A stretch of 64,000 nucleotides of DNA, from the NCBI GenBank assembly GCA_965203805.1, contig OZ241917.1, forward strand, positions 2,816,001 to 2,880,000, given 5' to 3'. Below are positions 56,682 to 64,000 of the stretch, in pieces. The translations under genes were made by a program, and so were the position numbers. The notes under the pieces are model-generated. The model saw only the letters and a program-made list of their open reading frames with translations, was not told the DNA's origin and did no database searches. Each line of letters starts with the position of its first letter. Positions within the stretch are counted from its first letter, which is position 1. This stretch comes from Candidatus Latescibacterota bacterium. Lineage in GTDB: Bacteria > Latescibacterota > UBA2968 > GCA-2709665.

Positions 56682-56951
56682 ATGGCTAGGGACAACGACG
56701 TAGAGCAGCCTTCGGGAAGCAAGGACAAGCCTGCTCGAACCACTCCTTCGGCGGCCAAACTCAGGCAGATTGTGGGCGCCTCGCCTGCTCCCAGGAATTT
56801 GACGCCGTACGAGGTCGACCTGCTACGGAAGGCCGCACGGGAAACTGCGGAGGTCGTGGACGAAGTCCTTGCAGAAGAAAAAGCGGCTCGAGATCAGGAT
56901 GAAACGCAAGCAACGACGGAAGCAGACGAACAGCAAGAGGAGTCCCGCTAA
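56682..56951 (+). CDS. Recurrent 89-aa hypothetical protein (MARDND family), copy 1
   Basis: Conserved PSAAKL..PRNLTPYE.DLLRK core; repeated at least five times. Confidence 0.55.
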   Translation: MARDNDVEQPSGSKDKPARTTPSAAKLRQIVGASPAPRNLTPYEVDLLRKAARETAEVVDEVLAEEKAARDQDETQATTEADEQQEESR

Positions 56952-56981
56952 GACGTTTTCCAACAACACACGGGGGGAACC

Positions 56982-57179
56982 ATGAACACCGCAACGCCCG
57001 AAGCACCCTCCGGCGCCGATTTCGAGGCACGCCTTGCGCGCCTGGAAGGTACCGTTGAGCAGCTTAGCCAGCGCATCGCTGCCCTCGAAACCCGCGTCGA
57101 TCAGGGTTTCCGCTGGATGATCGGCATTCAATTAACCATGTTCATCACGCTTGGCACGCTCATTCTCTTCAAACTATAA
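56982..57179 (+). CDS. Coiled-coil + C-terminal TM microprotein, copy 1 (65 aa)
   Basis: GGGGGA RBS; heptads then FRWMIGIQ..LGTLILFKL. Confidence 0.7.
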   Translation: MNTATPEAPSGADFEARLARLEGTVEQLSQRIAALETRVDQGFRWMIGIQLTMFITLGTLILFKL

Positions 57180-57228
57180 CCCTCGCACGGGCGCCGGACG
57201 TTTCCGCGTCTGAGAAAGATAAGAAAAA

Positions 57229-57498
57229 ATGGCCAGGGACAACGACGCGGAACAGCCTTCAGGGCGTCGGAACAAGCCTGCTCGAACCACTCCTTCGGCG
57301 GCCAAGCTCAGGCAGATTTTGGGCGACTCGCCTTCTCCCAGGAATTTGACGCCGTACGAGGTCGACCTGCTACGGAAGGCCGCACGGGAAACTGCGGAGG
57401 TCGTGGACGAAGTCCTTGCAGAAGAAAAAGCGGCTCGAGATCAGGATGAAACGCAAGCAACGATGGAAGCAGACGATCAGCGCGAAGAACCCCGCTAA
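57229..57498 (+). CDS. MARDND-family protein, copy 2
   Basis: Paralog of 56682-56951. Confidence 0.55.
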   Translation: MARDNDAEQPSGRRNKPARTTPSAAKLRQILGDSPSPRNLTPYEVDLLRKAARETAEVVDEVLAEEKAARDQDETQATMEADDQREEPR

Positions 57499-57531
57499 GC
57501 GGTTTTCCAACAACACACGGAGGCAGCCAAC

Positions 57532-57765
57532 ATGAACACCGCAACGCCCGATTTCGACGCCCGCCTCTCCCGCGTCGAGGGAACCGTCGAGCAGCTTAGC
57601 CAGCGCATGGCAAGCCTGGAAACCCGCATGGGCAACCTGGAAACCCGCATGGATCAGGGTTTCCGCGAAGTCAACGCACGCATGGATAGCGGGTTCCGTT
57701 GGATTGTCGGTATTCAGTTTACCACGCTGGTTGCGCTTGGCACGCTCATTCTCTTCAAACTCTAA
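57532..57765 (+). CDS. Coiled-coil + TM microprotein, copy 2 (77 aa)
   Basis: GGAGG RBS; extra heptads MASLETR/MGNLETR. Confidence 0.7.
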   Translation: MNTATPDFDARLSRVEGTVEQLSQRMASLETRMGNLETRMDQGFREVNARMDSGFRWIVGIQFTTLVALGTLILFKL

Positions 57766-57833
57766 CCCTCGCCTGCCTGCCGGTAGGCACGGCACGGGCG
57801 CCGGACGTTTCCGCGTCTGAGAAAGATAAGAAA

Positions 57834-58103
57834 ATGGCCAGGGACAACGACGCGGTGCAGCGTTCAGGGCGTCGGAACAAACACACTTGGATCAGTCCTT
57901 CGGCAGCCAAACTCAAGCAGATATTGGGCGACTCGCCCGCACCCCGGAATCTGACGCCGTACGAGATCGAGCTGTTGCGGAAAAGCAAGAAGGAGATGGC
58001 CCAGGTCCTGCGCGAAGTCCTTGCGGAGAAAAAAGTGGCTCGATACCAGGATGAAACGCGAGCAACGATGGAAGGAGAGGAGCGGCGCGAAGACTCCCGC
58101 TAA
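57834..58103 (+). CDS. MARDND-family protein, copy 3
   Basis: Paralog; protein identical to copy 4. Confidence 0.55.
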   Translation: MARDNDAVQRSGRRNKHTWISPSAAKLKQILGDSPAPRNLTPYEIELLRKSKKEMAQVLREVLAEKKVARYQDETRATMEGEERREDSR

Positions 58104-58302
58104 GAAGCTACTTGGAAAATAACATCAGAAACTACAAAACACGCGAAAAAAACGAAAAATCCGTGGCTTAAATCAATTGCCACAAGAGGCCTGCCTGCAG
58201 CGCCTGTCTGCGTGCCTGCATGCAGCGCAGGGCACTGCGCAGGCAGGCGTGCCACACGCACAGGCAGGCGCTGGTAGGACGGCGAATAAGGATATGGTAG
58301 CA

Positions 58303-58587
58303 ATGCACGCAATAATCGAACAACACCGCGCCGGGATTCTCGCCCTCGCTGAACGGCACGGTATTACCGACGTACGTGTGTTCGGGTCTATGGCGAGAGG
58401 CGACGCCGATGATTCCGGTGACGTCGATCTGCTGGTGTCGCTGCCGCCCGATAAAACGGGCCTCGCGCTCGGCGCGCTGTTGATGGACGTGCGGGACCTT
58501 CTGCAACGCCGCGTAGAAGTCGTCACTGAAAAGAGTCTTCATCCGGCCCTCCGCGAGCGCGTTCTGAACGAGGCGCAGCCGTTATGA
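58303..58587 (+). CDS. Minimal nucleotidyltransferase (MNT antitoxin), copy 1
   Basis: VFGSMARGD..DVDLLV..VEVVT..L. Confidence 0.85.
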   Translation: MHAIIEQHRAGILALAERHGITDVRVFGSMARGDADDSGDVDLLVSLPPDKTGLALGALLMDVRDLLQRRVEVVTEKSLHPALRERVLNEAQPL

Positions 58588-58671
58588 AACCCGAAAGTTG
58601 TAATCCGAATCCGTTGTGAATACTAAGCGAAAATTAGACGATTTCCAACCCAACACGCGGAGGCAACGAAC

Positions 58672-58884
58672 ATGAACTCCGCGACGCCCAATTTCGAGGC
58701 GCGCCTTGCGCGCCTGGTGGGTATCGTTGAACAGCTTAGCCAGCGCATGGGCAACCTGGAAACCCGCATGGATCAGGGTTTCCGCGAAGTCAACGCACGC
58801 ATGGATAGCGGGTTCCGTTGGATTGTCGGTATTCAGTTTACTACGCTGGTTGCGCTTGGCACGCTCATCCTCTTCAAACTCTGA
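58672..58884 (+). CDS. Coiled-coil + TM microprotein, copy 3 (70 aa)
   Basis: GGAGG RBS; one heptad fewer than copy 2. Confidence 0.7.
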   Translation: MNSATPNFEARLARLVGIVEQLSQRMGNLETRMDQGFREVNARMDSGFRWIVGIQFTTLVALGTLILFKL

Positions 58885-58952
58885 CCCTCGCCTGTCTGCC
58901 GGTAGGCACGGCACGGGCGCCGGACGTTTCCGCGTCTGAGAAAGATAAGAAA

Positions 58953-59222
58953 ATGGCCAGGGACAACGACGCGGTGCAGCGTTCAGGGCGTCGGAACAAA
59001 CACACTTGGATCAGTCCTTCGGCAGCCAAACTCAAGCAGATATTGGGCGACTCGCCCGCGCCCCGGAATCTGACGCCGTACGAGATCGAGCTGTTGCGGA
59101 AAAGCAAGAAGGAGATGGCCCAGGTCCTGCGCGAAGTCCTTGCGGAGAAAAAAGTGGCTCGATACCAGGATGAAACGCGAGCAACGATGGAAGGAGAGGA
59201 GCGGCGCGAAGACTCCCGCTAA
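58953..59222 (+). CDS. MARDND-family protein, copy 4
   Basis: Paralog. Confidence 0.55.
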   Translation: MARDNDAVQRSGRRNKHTWISPSAAKLKQILGDSPAPRNLTPYEIELLRKSKKEMAQVLREVLAEKKVARYQDETRATMEGEERREDSR

Positions 59223-59396
59223 GAAGCTACTTGGAAAATAACATCAGAAACTACAAAACACGCGAAAAAAACGAAAAATCCGTGGCTTAAATCAATTGCC
59301 ACAAGAGGCCTGCATGCAGCGCAGGGCACTGCGCAGGCAGGCGTGCCACACGCACAGGCAGGCGCTGGTTGGACGGCGCGTAAGAATACGGTAGCA

Positions 59397-59681
59397 ATGC
59401 ACGCAATCATCGAACAACACCGCGCCGGGATTCTCGCCCTCGCTGAACGCCATGGTATTACCGACGTACGTGTGTTCGGGTCTATGGCGAGGGGCGACGC
59501 CGATGATTCCGGTGACGTCGATCTGCTGGTGTCGTTGCCGCCCGATAAAACGGGCCTCGCGCTCGGCGCACTGTTGATGGACGTGCGAGACCTTCTGCAA
59601 CGCCGCGTGGAAGTCGTCACTGAGAAGAGTCTTCATCCGGCCCTCCGTGAGCGCGTGCTGAAAGAGGCACAGCCTTTATGA
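59397..59681 (+). CDS. Minimal nucleotidyltransferase (MNT antitoxin), copy 2
   Basis: Near-identical to 58303-58587. Confidence 0.85.
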   Translation: MHAIIEQHRAGILALAERHGITDVRVFGSMARGDADDSGDVDLLVSLPPDKTGLALGALLMDVRDLLQRRVEVVTEKSLHPALRERVLKEAQPL

Positions 59682-59842
59682 AACCGGACGCGCAGTCCGA
59701 TAGAGTATTGCTGGAACACATACGCGAGTGCATTGAACGCATTCGGGAATACACCGGCAGCAGGCGAGTTTCGTTCTACGGTTCACCTTGGTGTCCGAAA
59801 TCGGATGTAACCCTCACAGGAGCAATTGGGAAAGCAACGTAG
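59678..59842 (+). pseudogene. Truncated HepT/DUF86 toxin
   Basis: ATGA overlap with MNT; MKPDAQSDRVLLEHIRECIERIREYT..F, then unrelated sequence; no RxxxxH motif. Confidence 0.7.
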
Positions 59843-59958
59843 GAAATTTGATGGACGAAGCGTTTGGGAAGAATGTCATCACAGGGTCGGAGGAGTCCTG
59901 ATCCTGAAGGGGAACCGGCGAGTTCCTCGAAGTACGTCTCCACCTGAAAGAGACAAGT

Positions 59959-60266
59959 GTGAAAACGATCGAACAGGTCGGGCTCAACTGACCACAGGCG
60001 ATTTTGACTTTTCTCGCCACGCCTTCAAGCGAGCGGTTGAAAGAAACATCAGCGAACAGGAGATCAGACAGGCAGGATTGTGGGCAACAATCATTGAGGA
60101 ATATCCTGGCGATAAGTACGCCCCGAGTTGCCTGCTTTTGGGTTTCACCCAATCGGGTAGACCTCTGCACGTCCACGTTTCGCTTGCCGACACGGAGGAA
60201 GTGAGAATCATTACACTATATGTGCCAGATCCGGATAAGTGGATCGAATACTATAGAAGGAGGTGA
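59959..60266 (+). pseudogene. DUF4258 toxin-like gene, apparent frameshift near the 5' end
   Basis: FSRHA..R.I..IIEEYPGDKYAPSCLLLG..PLHV..IITLY.PDP; GTG-KTIEQV start lies in a different frame and stops at TGA. Confidence 0.6.
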
Positions 60267-60499
60267 GCATGTTTACTTGCCCGGTCTGCCATTCCCAGGA
60301 AAGCCGTGAGGAGTTGGTCGACGAGGTGTTTCGCGTTGATGGGCGTTATGCCCTGGTCGAGGGCATTCCGGCTCTCGTGTGCGTCCGGTGTGGCGAACAG
60401 GCCTTTAGTCGCGAGACGACGGAGAAGGTGCGATTGATGGTCCACGGAGAGGCTGAATCAACAACGTCCATACCCATGCAGGTCTTTGACTTCGCCTGA
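60263..60499 (+). CDS. YgiT-type zinc-finger protein (MqsA-like antitoxin)
   Basis: CPVC..VEGIPALVCVRCGE. Confidence 0.85.
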   Translation: MSMFTCPVCHSQESREELVDEVFRVDGRYALVEGIPALVCVRCGEQAFSRETTEKVRLMVHGEAESTTSIPMQVFDFA

Positions 60500-60685
60500 C
60501 GGATTTAGACTGCCATTTGGGTGAGAGGATGTTGTCCCTCTCGGCAGTCCGCCGATCGAAAATAGGCCACTCGAATCGGACTCATCGTATATGGCCCCGG
60601 CCATAGGTACATCTCTAACGCGGATTTGCTCAGCCCGAATCAAATAGACGGAAGTGAACGTCTGAGCCCGATTGACGTTGCAATC

Positions 60686-60741
60686 ACTCCCCCTTGAGGG
60701 GGAGTCGCCTGCCTGCCGAGCAGGTCTCGGCGCAGGCAGGC
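60686..60741. repeat. REP-like palindromes
   Basis: actcccccttgagggggagt followed by gcctgcctgccgag..ctcggcgcaggcaggc. Confidence 0.65.
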
Positions 60742-60803
60742 CGCCATTGGCGGCGGTGGGGGGTTACCTACTCTGAGCACGGCGTCTGAGAAAGATGAAG
60801 AAA

Positions 60804-61037
60804 ATGGCCAGGGACAACGACGCGGTGCAGCGTTCAGGGCGTCGGGACAAACACACTTGGATCAGTCCTTCGGCAGCCAAACTCAAGCAGATATTTGGCG
60901 ACTCGCCCACGCCCCGGAATCTGACGCCGTACGAGATCGACCTGCTGCGGAAGGCTGCGAAGGAAACTGCGGAGGTCGTGAGCGAAGTCCCGGCGAAGGA
61001 AAGAGTGGCTGGAGAGCAGGATGAAACCAGTCGATAG
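60804..61037 (+). CDS. MARDND-family protein, copy 5 (shorter C-terminus)
   Basis: Same leader gcgtctgagaaagat and core. Confidence 0.5.
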   Translation: MARDNDAVQRSGRRDKHTWISPSAAKLKQIFGDSPTPRNLTPYEIDLLRKAAKETAEVVSEVPAKERVAGEQDETSR

Positions 61038-61113
61038 GCTGTAAATTGATCTGGATCTATTGCGAATTATGTGCGGATATTATGGACGTTTAGTCATGAA
61101 CAGGAGGACGTCG

Positions 61114-61422
61114 ATGACCAACATGCGTTGGATGGAGGCCATCGAACAATGGCGCAGCCTCCCGGCGGAGGAACGTCGACGCCGGCATCTGGACGCGATT
61201 CCCCGTCACGTGGCGAATTCGATGGCGATGGAGGGCGAGCCGGTGGACGAGGCCTGGATTCGGGAAAGACTCGCCCGCGCCCCTGAATTTGACGCCGTAC
61301 GAGATCAAGCTGCTGCAGTGCAAGAAGGAGATCGCCCAATAGCAGTTGTTCCCCGGACGAAGAGCAATCGCCTGTTACTGCCAACTACTGCAATGAGGCC
61401 GGGCCTTGCGGCCCGGAAGTGA
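61114..61422 (+). CDS. Small protein with SxxxEG motif; 3' part runs into a MARDND remnant
   Basis: AGGAGG RBS before ATG 61114; VANSMAMEGEPV. Confidence 0.45.
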   Translation: MTNMRWMEAIEQWRSLPAEERRRRHLDAIPRHVANSMAMEGEPVDEAWIRERLARAPEFDAVRDQAAAVQEGDRPIAVVPRTKSNRLLLPTTAMRPGLAARK

Positions 61423-61470
61423 CACGCTCTACGCGTACATAACCGAAAACTTCTCTACTTCAATGAGGCC
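61388..61470. CRISPR. Degenerate CRISPR remnant (1 full 36-bp repeat, 34-bp spacer, 1 partial repeat), type I-G-like
   Basis: ctgcaatgaggccgggccttgcggcccggaagtgac with internal hairpin; cttcaatgaggcc 70 bp later; cas3 fragment nearby. Confidence 0.6.
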
Positions 61471-61511
61471 TAGAAACATGATAGCGTCCAGGAGATGGTT
61501 CAAATTAAAAC

Positions 61512-61540
61512 TTGACAGAAGTATTTGGTTATGATATTTT
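61512..61540 (+). promoter_or_regulatory. Candidate sigma70 promoter upstream of the cas3 fragment
   Basis: TTGACA-17 bp-TATTTT with upstream TG, in an AT-rich tract. Confidence 0.4.
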
Positions 61541-61633
61541 AATTTTTAAGCTTGATTCAGTCGATGCGATGCGGGCAAGCCCAATAGATGTACTACCTCG
61601 AGGGTTAAATCAAACAAAAAAGGAACACGCAGT

Positions 61634-61816
61634 ATGTCGTTTGAGCAATTCTTCTCCACAGCGTTCGGCAAAGACCTCAGTCCTTACGACTATCAGCACG
61701 CACTCGCAAAACAGGCATGGCCAGACGCACTCATCGCTCCGACAGGCCTCGGCAAGACCGACGTGTCGTGTTGTCTATTGTCTGCCCTTGAGTACACTCG
61801 TCGAGCATACGGGTAG
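61634..61816 (+). pseudogene. cas3: N-terminal fragment of a helicase-first Cas3 (type I-G/I-U-like)
   Basis: MSFEQFFSTAFG..PYDYQ..WPDALIAPTGLGKT (Q motif + Walker A), then truncated. Confidence 0.65.
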
Positions 61817-61825
61817 GCAATAGGC

Positions 61826-62110
61826 CGACTCGCCCGGCTGCCGGAGTTTGACGTATTACGAAATCGATCTGACGCGGAAAGGCAAGAAGCAGATAGCCCC
61901 GGTCGCGGGCGAAGTCGTTGCGAAAAAAATTGTGTCTGGAGATCAGGATGAAACACAAGCAACGATGGAAGCAGACGAACAGCGCGAGGAACTCCGCTAA
62001 GGATCGAGACCATCAGCGCGCCCTGCTCATCAAGCGCTGGCTGGACGGGCAGTAAGGATACGGTAGCAATGCACTCAATAATCGAACAACACAGCGCCGA
62101 GATTCTCGCA
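61826..62110 (+). pseudogene. Degenerate MARDND copy followed by a 5' fragment of the MNT gene
   Basis: gatcaggatgaaacacaagcaacgatggaagcagacgaacagcgcg; tacggtagcaatgcactcaataatcgaacaacac matches the MNT starts. Confidence 0.65.
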
Positions 62111-62174
62111 CAGAATACAAAAAGAAAACGGGCTAATACGCATTTGGACGTTGGCGGTTTTGAGGGAGAACACC

Positions 62175-62366
62175 ATGGAATCTATTCAATCTCGCGTATA
62201 CGAATATCTGAAGCGCCGGAAAAACGGCGCTTCCGTGCTGGACATGGCCACAGCCCTGAACTTAGACTGCAAACAGGTACGCGGCGGCATTGACCGATTG
62301 AGAGACCAAGGCATCGAGATCGACAACGAACCCCCGCGAAGTAAGAATTTCAAGCTTCGCAGGTGA
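62175..62366 (+). CDS. Small winged-HTH protein
   Basis: GAGGGAG RBS; VYEYL..SVLDMATALNL..VRGGIDRLR..G.EI. Confidence 0.55.
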   Translation: MESIQSRVYEYLKRRKNGASVLDMATALNLDCKQVRGGIDRLRDQGIEIDNEPPRSKNFKLRR

Positions 62367-62382
62367 GCCCATAGCTACTTAA

Positions 62383-64000
62383 CCCCAATTATTCACAAAA
62401 AAGGTAGTTTCCATACCCAAGTCATTGTATTATATTGTGGTTACGCAAATAACCATAACACAATGAAACAGGAGGAAACTACCGTGGAAGTTCAAGATAA
62501 ACAAGCCGCACTTCCTTTCGCAAGTATTTCTGGCAAGCAGGTAGAAGCGGTCTTCGATGGCGGTGTGCTCACCAGCGATATGGGTTTGATGCTGCTTCGA
62601 GAGGTGGAGTCCAAAAACGGCATCCTGTCTCGGATCGTCGAGGCGTTGCCGGACCGTCGGCATCCCAGTTACGTGGATCACCCGATGGCGGATCTGATCA
62701 GCCAGCGTGTCTTTCAGATCGCGTGCGCGTATGAGGATGCGAACGATTGCAATTTGCTGCGCTTTGACCCTGCGTTCAAGGCGGCCTGTGATCGGTTGCC
62801 GATATCAGGGGCGCCGTTGGCCAGCCAACCCACGATGAGTCGATTGGAAAACGGCATTCGTCGCCGGGACTTATATCGCATTGCCGAGGCCCTTGTGGAC
62901 GGATTCATCGCGTCCTACGATAGGCCTCCCGAAGGGGTCGTTCTGGATATCGATGACACCGATGACGAGGTTCACGGCAAGCAACAGTTGTCGTTTTTCA
63001 ATGGCTATTACAATGAACGCTGTTATTGTCCCTTGCACATTTATGAAGGCCGGACAGGAAGACTGATCACGACGCTTTTGCGTCCGGGCGCCCGTCCTAC
63101 CGGCAAACAGATTGTCAGCATTCTCAAGCGACTGGTGAAAATGCTTCGTGAGGCGTGGCCGGACGTGGGTATCTATTTACGTGGCGATGGCCATTTTTCC
63201 TGTCCTGAGGTCCACGACTTTTGCGACGAGCAAGCGGTGTATTTTACGCTGGGACAGACGGGCAATGCCAGGCTTGCACAACGGGGACACGCGTTGATCG
63301 AGCAGGCAAAGGCCCGGTATCGGGAAACCGGACAGCCCGTGCAGTTATTTGCCAGTTTCGATTACCAGGCAACGACTTGGGCCGTGCCAAGACGCATCAT
63401 CTACAAAGCTGAAATCACCGCCTCGGGGCAAGCCAATACACGCTTTGTCGTCACCAACCTGAAAAGTAGCCAGCCCTCATTCATCTACAAAACCGTCTAT
63501 TGTGCGCGCGGCAGGATGGAAAACTTCATCAAGAATCACAAAACCTTTCTCCATTCCGATCGCACCTCCTGCCACACCTTCGAAGCCAATCACTTCCGTC
63601 TCCTGCTGCATAGTGCCGCTTATGTCTTGATGCACACCCTTACCGAAAAAGGACTCCGGACCACCCAATGGACGCACGCCCAGTTTAATACCATTCAGAA
63701 TCGCATCCTCAAAGTCGCAGGGAGCGTGTCCGAACTCAAAACCAAAATCAAACTCCATTTGCCAACCTCATTTCCCTTGAAACACCTCTATGACACCATC
63801 CTCTGTAATTTGGCAATGGCAGTTCCATAACGCCGCTTCACGCAGGTCCCGCCATCCCTTGATCATAGCCGCCAGGTAAGACCAAGGCATCCGTCCGTCC
63901 TCTCAAACCACAAATTCACGAACTCGACACCCCTTGATGCTGACGGCCCAACCAAAATCACTCATCAACCCGCCAACAACACCTCATTCTATTGTTTTCT
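62383..64000 (+). mobile_element. IS1380-family insertion sequence (right end not located in the window)
   Basis: Transposase ORF; candidate left end ccccaattattcac at 62383. Confidence 0.8.
62463..63830 (+). CDS. IS1380-family DDE transposase
   Basis: FDGGVLTSD.G, YEDAND, LASQPTMSRLE, LDIDDT, LRGDGHF, Y..RG.MEN.IK. Confidence 0.93.
   Translation: MKQEETTVEVQDKQAALPFASISGKQVEAVFDGGVLTSDMGLMLLREVESKNGILSRIVEALPDRRHPSYVDHPMADLISQRVFQIACAYEDANDCNLLRFDPAFKAACDRLPISGAPLASQPTMSRLENGIRRRDLYRIAEALVDGFIASYDRPPEGVVLDIDDTDDEVHGKQQLSFFNGYYNERCYCPLHIYEGRTGRLITTLLRPGARPTGKQIVSILKRLVKMLREAWPDVGIYLRGDGHFSCPEVHDFCDEQAVYFTLGQTGNARLAQRGHALIEQAKARYRETGQPVQLFASFDYQATTWAVPRRIIYKAEITASGQANTRFVVTNLKSSQPSFIYKTVYCARGRMENFIKNHKTFLHSDRTSCHTFEANHFRLLLHSAAYVLMHTLTEKGLRTTQWTHAQFNTIQNRILKVAGSVSELKTKIKLHLPTSFPLKHLYDTILCNLAMAVP

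Larger units (their letters stand above)
57625..59685 (+). repeat. ~1-kb direct duplication (57625-58591 vs 58744-59685)
   Basis: Offset 1119 bp, shifting to 1094 after a 25-bp indel inside the palindromic element. Confidence 0.88.

Noticed and set aside
56620-62110. True integron or diversity-generating retroelement
   Set aside because: No integrase, convincing attC sites or reverse transcriptase seen; differences between copies are not obviously adenine-specific
1-64000. tRNA, rRNA or riboswitch genes
   Set aside because: None recognised by eye; tRNAscan-SE and Rfam scans would be needed to exclude them

Overview
GC-rich bacterial DNA. The gene content (GWxTD protein, dockerin-like EF-hand modules, Gfo/Idh/MocA oxidoreductases, AAA-ATPase/PD-(D/E)XK paralogs) suggests a Latescibacterota/Poribacteria-like lineage; this is inference only. 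The main observation is a visibly AT-richer block (~6.5-21.2 kb) with a mazEF-type module and a tightly coupled 8-gene minus-strand operon. In order it encodes a Zn-ribbon protein, a membrane vWA protein, a lipoprotein/TM trypsin-like protease, a 1143-aa tubulin/FtsZ-like GTPase, a Zn-ribbon/Ig-fused Hsp70-like ATPase, a membrane-anchored GrpE-like protein, a MotA/ZorA-like protein with a long repeated tail, and a MotB/ZorB-like protein with no recognisable OmpA domain. I do not recognise this combination as a described system; it is a candidate defence or membrane-remodelling machine. The middle of the window holds sugar-acid/2-oxoacid catabolic genes, TA modules, a 6x Big_2 repeat protein and several secreted proteins. 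The right end (56.6-62.4 kb) is a mosaic array: a recurrent ~89-aa ORF alternates with variable cargo (coiled-coil/TM microproteins, MNT antitoxins, broken toxins, a type I-G-like CRISPR/cas3 remnant), followed by an IS1380-family element. All calls are by eye from motifs; no database searches were run.
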